This document shows, piece after piece, positions 62,401 to 64,000 of a DNA stretch of 64,000 nucleotides (positions are counted from its first letter, which is position 1; each line of letters begins with the position of its first letter). The notes below the pieces were generated by a model. It did no database searches and was not told the origin of the DNA. It saw only the letters and a list, made by a program, of their open reading frames with translations. A program made the position numbers and the translations under genes. This stretch comes from Massalongia carnosa (taxonomy: Eukaryota), in NCBI GenBank assembly GCA_965645245.1, contig OZ287086.1, positions 558,001 to 622,000 of the forward strand. The letters run 5' to 3'.

Positions 62401-63053
62401 CGTTCTTTAAATTTCGGGCCTGATTTATGCTACGAAGACATGAAGACTTTACAGAAGGCGCAAAATAGGGCTGTTTTACCAAAATTGGAAATGTCATTTC
62501 GATAAAATTTATTGTCAAAACAAAAATCGCTACTAGAAAACGGATACTAGTTCAGCTAGAGGACGAAATTGTCGAAAAAGAAGGTTGGGTAGATATCGAA
62601 CAGTAAAATTTGAATAGATTTATATTGACACACTTCCGAACTTTACAAAGACAAATTGTAAAATTAAATATTCGATTACTATTGGTTGTTACTGACACGG
62701 AGTAAAAACGGGGCAAAATTGACGATTCATAGATTGGTTATAAAGCGTTGACTTATTTGTATTATAGAAACATACCCTAAAATAGTTTAGTGTCATAACC
62801 TTATGTTGAATACACTTATTAAATAAATAAAATAAAAAAATGGGGCAGTTTTGAAGACTGCAGAAGATTCTGAGAATTAGGAGGAGCCATAAAAATAAGA
62901 AGTTTATGAATGAATTGCTGATGAACTAAGTCTAAAACGTTGTTCTTGTAGATAAAAATTGCACGAAATTCTGCAGGATGAATAATGCAAATTTATTACA
63001 TGCTTATAGGGGCTGACTAATGCCCCCTCACCAAAAAACCTCCCCTATATAAA

Positions 63054-64000
63054 TGTAATACGGATGGCGCTAGAGGGATACGTGATCGCCTCACGGCGGT
63101 TGTGAGATTAACTAGTATGAGCCAGGCCCTAGTACTTAGTCGCATAGCCGTCGAGGCTGACACTATATCAGCTTGCCACAAAACTCCGAATTGGTTGTTA
63201 CTACATTCTAGACTGCTTAAAGATAAAACACCTGTCGAGGCCGTAGTGGTAGATTGCCATGAAGTAAGATGAACTCCTGTGGAGACTAGCCGTGAACTCT
63301 ATATGGAATCTACTAGCCAACTCGGAGCTACTCGATCTCTTGATGGATCAAGAGTTGTAACAGAAGGCACGGCTAGCTGGACGCAGCTTGATCTCGGCCT
63401 TCCTGGTGTAAACTTCAGCTTCAACCTTTATTGCTACGCTGGTAGTGATGTCGGCTTAATGAACCTATATGACCTTGTGGTCTAGACCTTATGTCTAGAG
63501 GCAGGTCCGCAGAGTAGATAGAGATTAAGTGAGAGGTAACCTTATATCGCTACGTTGGTAGTAGTGACGGCGAAATAAAGCTATATAGCCTCGGTGTCTA
63601 CACTTTATGTTTAGAGGCAGGCTGATAATGTAGCGAGGGATCTCGCCGGAGGTAGAAGTATTCTACCTTGCAAGGGACGATCTAGAAGGCTGCTTGAGGC
63701 TGACTGGATAATCTAGCGAAAGCCGAGTTCGTAGATGGATCCTGGGGGATAGTTAGATGTAAGGCGATAAAGTCAGATGTGGGTTGCAAGGCTCCTAAGG
63801 TTCCACGGCTCCCGAGGCTATAGGCATGGGGTGAGTAAGATAAATACCAGAATGAATCCTGTAGTATTCGTTAGCAATTAGTCTTTATTCTATGAACAAC
63901 CTACGTTGGGATCTCATACGAGATCTCTTGGTCTAAGCACTTCCACATCTATTTTTTTTGATCACCTATACTCTCGGAGACTAGCACGTAGTAGCTATCT
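63054..64000. mobile_element. 1-kb-family LTR running off the window end
   Basis: Starts TGTAATACGGATGGCGCTAGAGG, the reverse complement of the 40734 end. Confidence 0.88.

Noticed and set aside
59330..63053. AT-rich intervals as genes or Helitron ends
   Set aside because: No convincing ORF, and the small GGGGC/GCCCC hairpin near 63010 lacks a following CTRR terminus.

Overview
This is a eukaryotic transposon graveyard, most likely from a filamentous ascomycete (GT/GC-AG introns of 52-65 nt, fungal TE families). I recognised no host gene. It is a deeply nested stack of Ty1/Copia and Ty3/Gypsy (chromovirus) elements, many solo LTRs with 5-bp TSDs, a Tad1-like LINE, Tc1/mariner, pogo/Fot1, MULE and hAT DNA transposons, and two apparently identical 4,940-bp Ngaro-type tyrosine-recombinase retrotransposons in inverted orientation (11719-16658, 18167-23106). 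Main highlights: (1) The 1.5-kb spacer between the Ngaro copies is flipped; flipping it back and removing the Ngaro rebuilds an uninterrupted ~901-aa, 5-exon hAT transposase. (2) The two phase-0 introns flanking the 744-nt catalytic exon of that hAT gene carry complementary 22-nt repeats, suggesting an RNA-pairing exon-skip switch. (3) Ngaro gag and RT are in frame across a CAA-TGA-CTA readthrough-type stop, and the element has a palindromic CGAACTAG/CTAGTTCG junction with TSD-free insertion. (4) A second, base-precise 7.6-kb inversion has both breakpoints in TCGA. All coordinates and comparisons were read by eye and may be off by a few bases.
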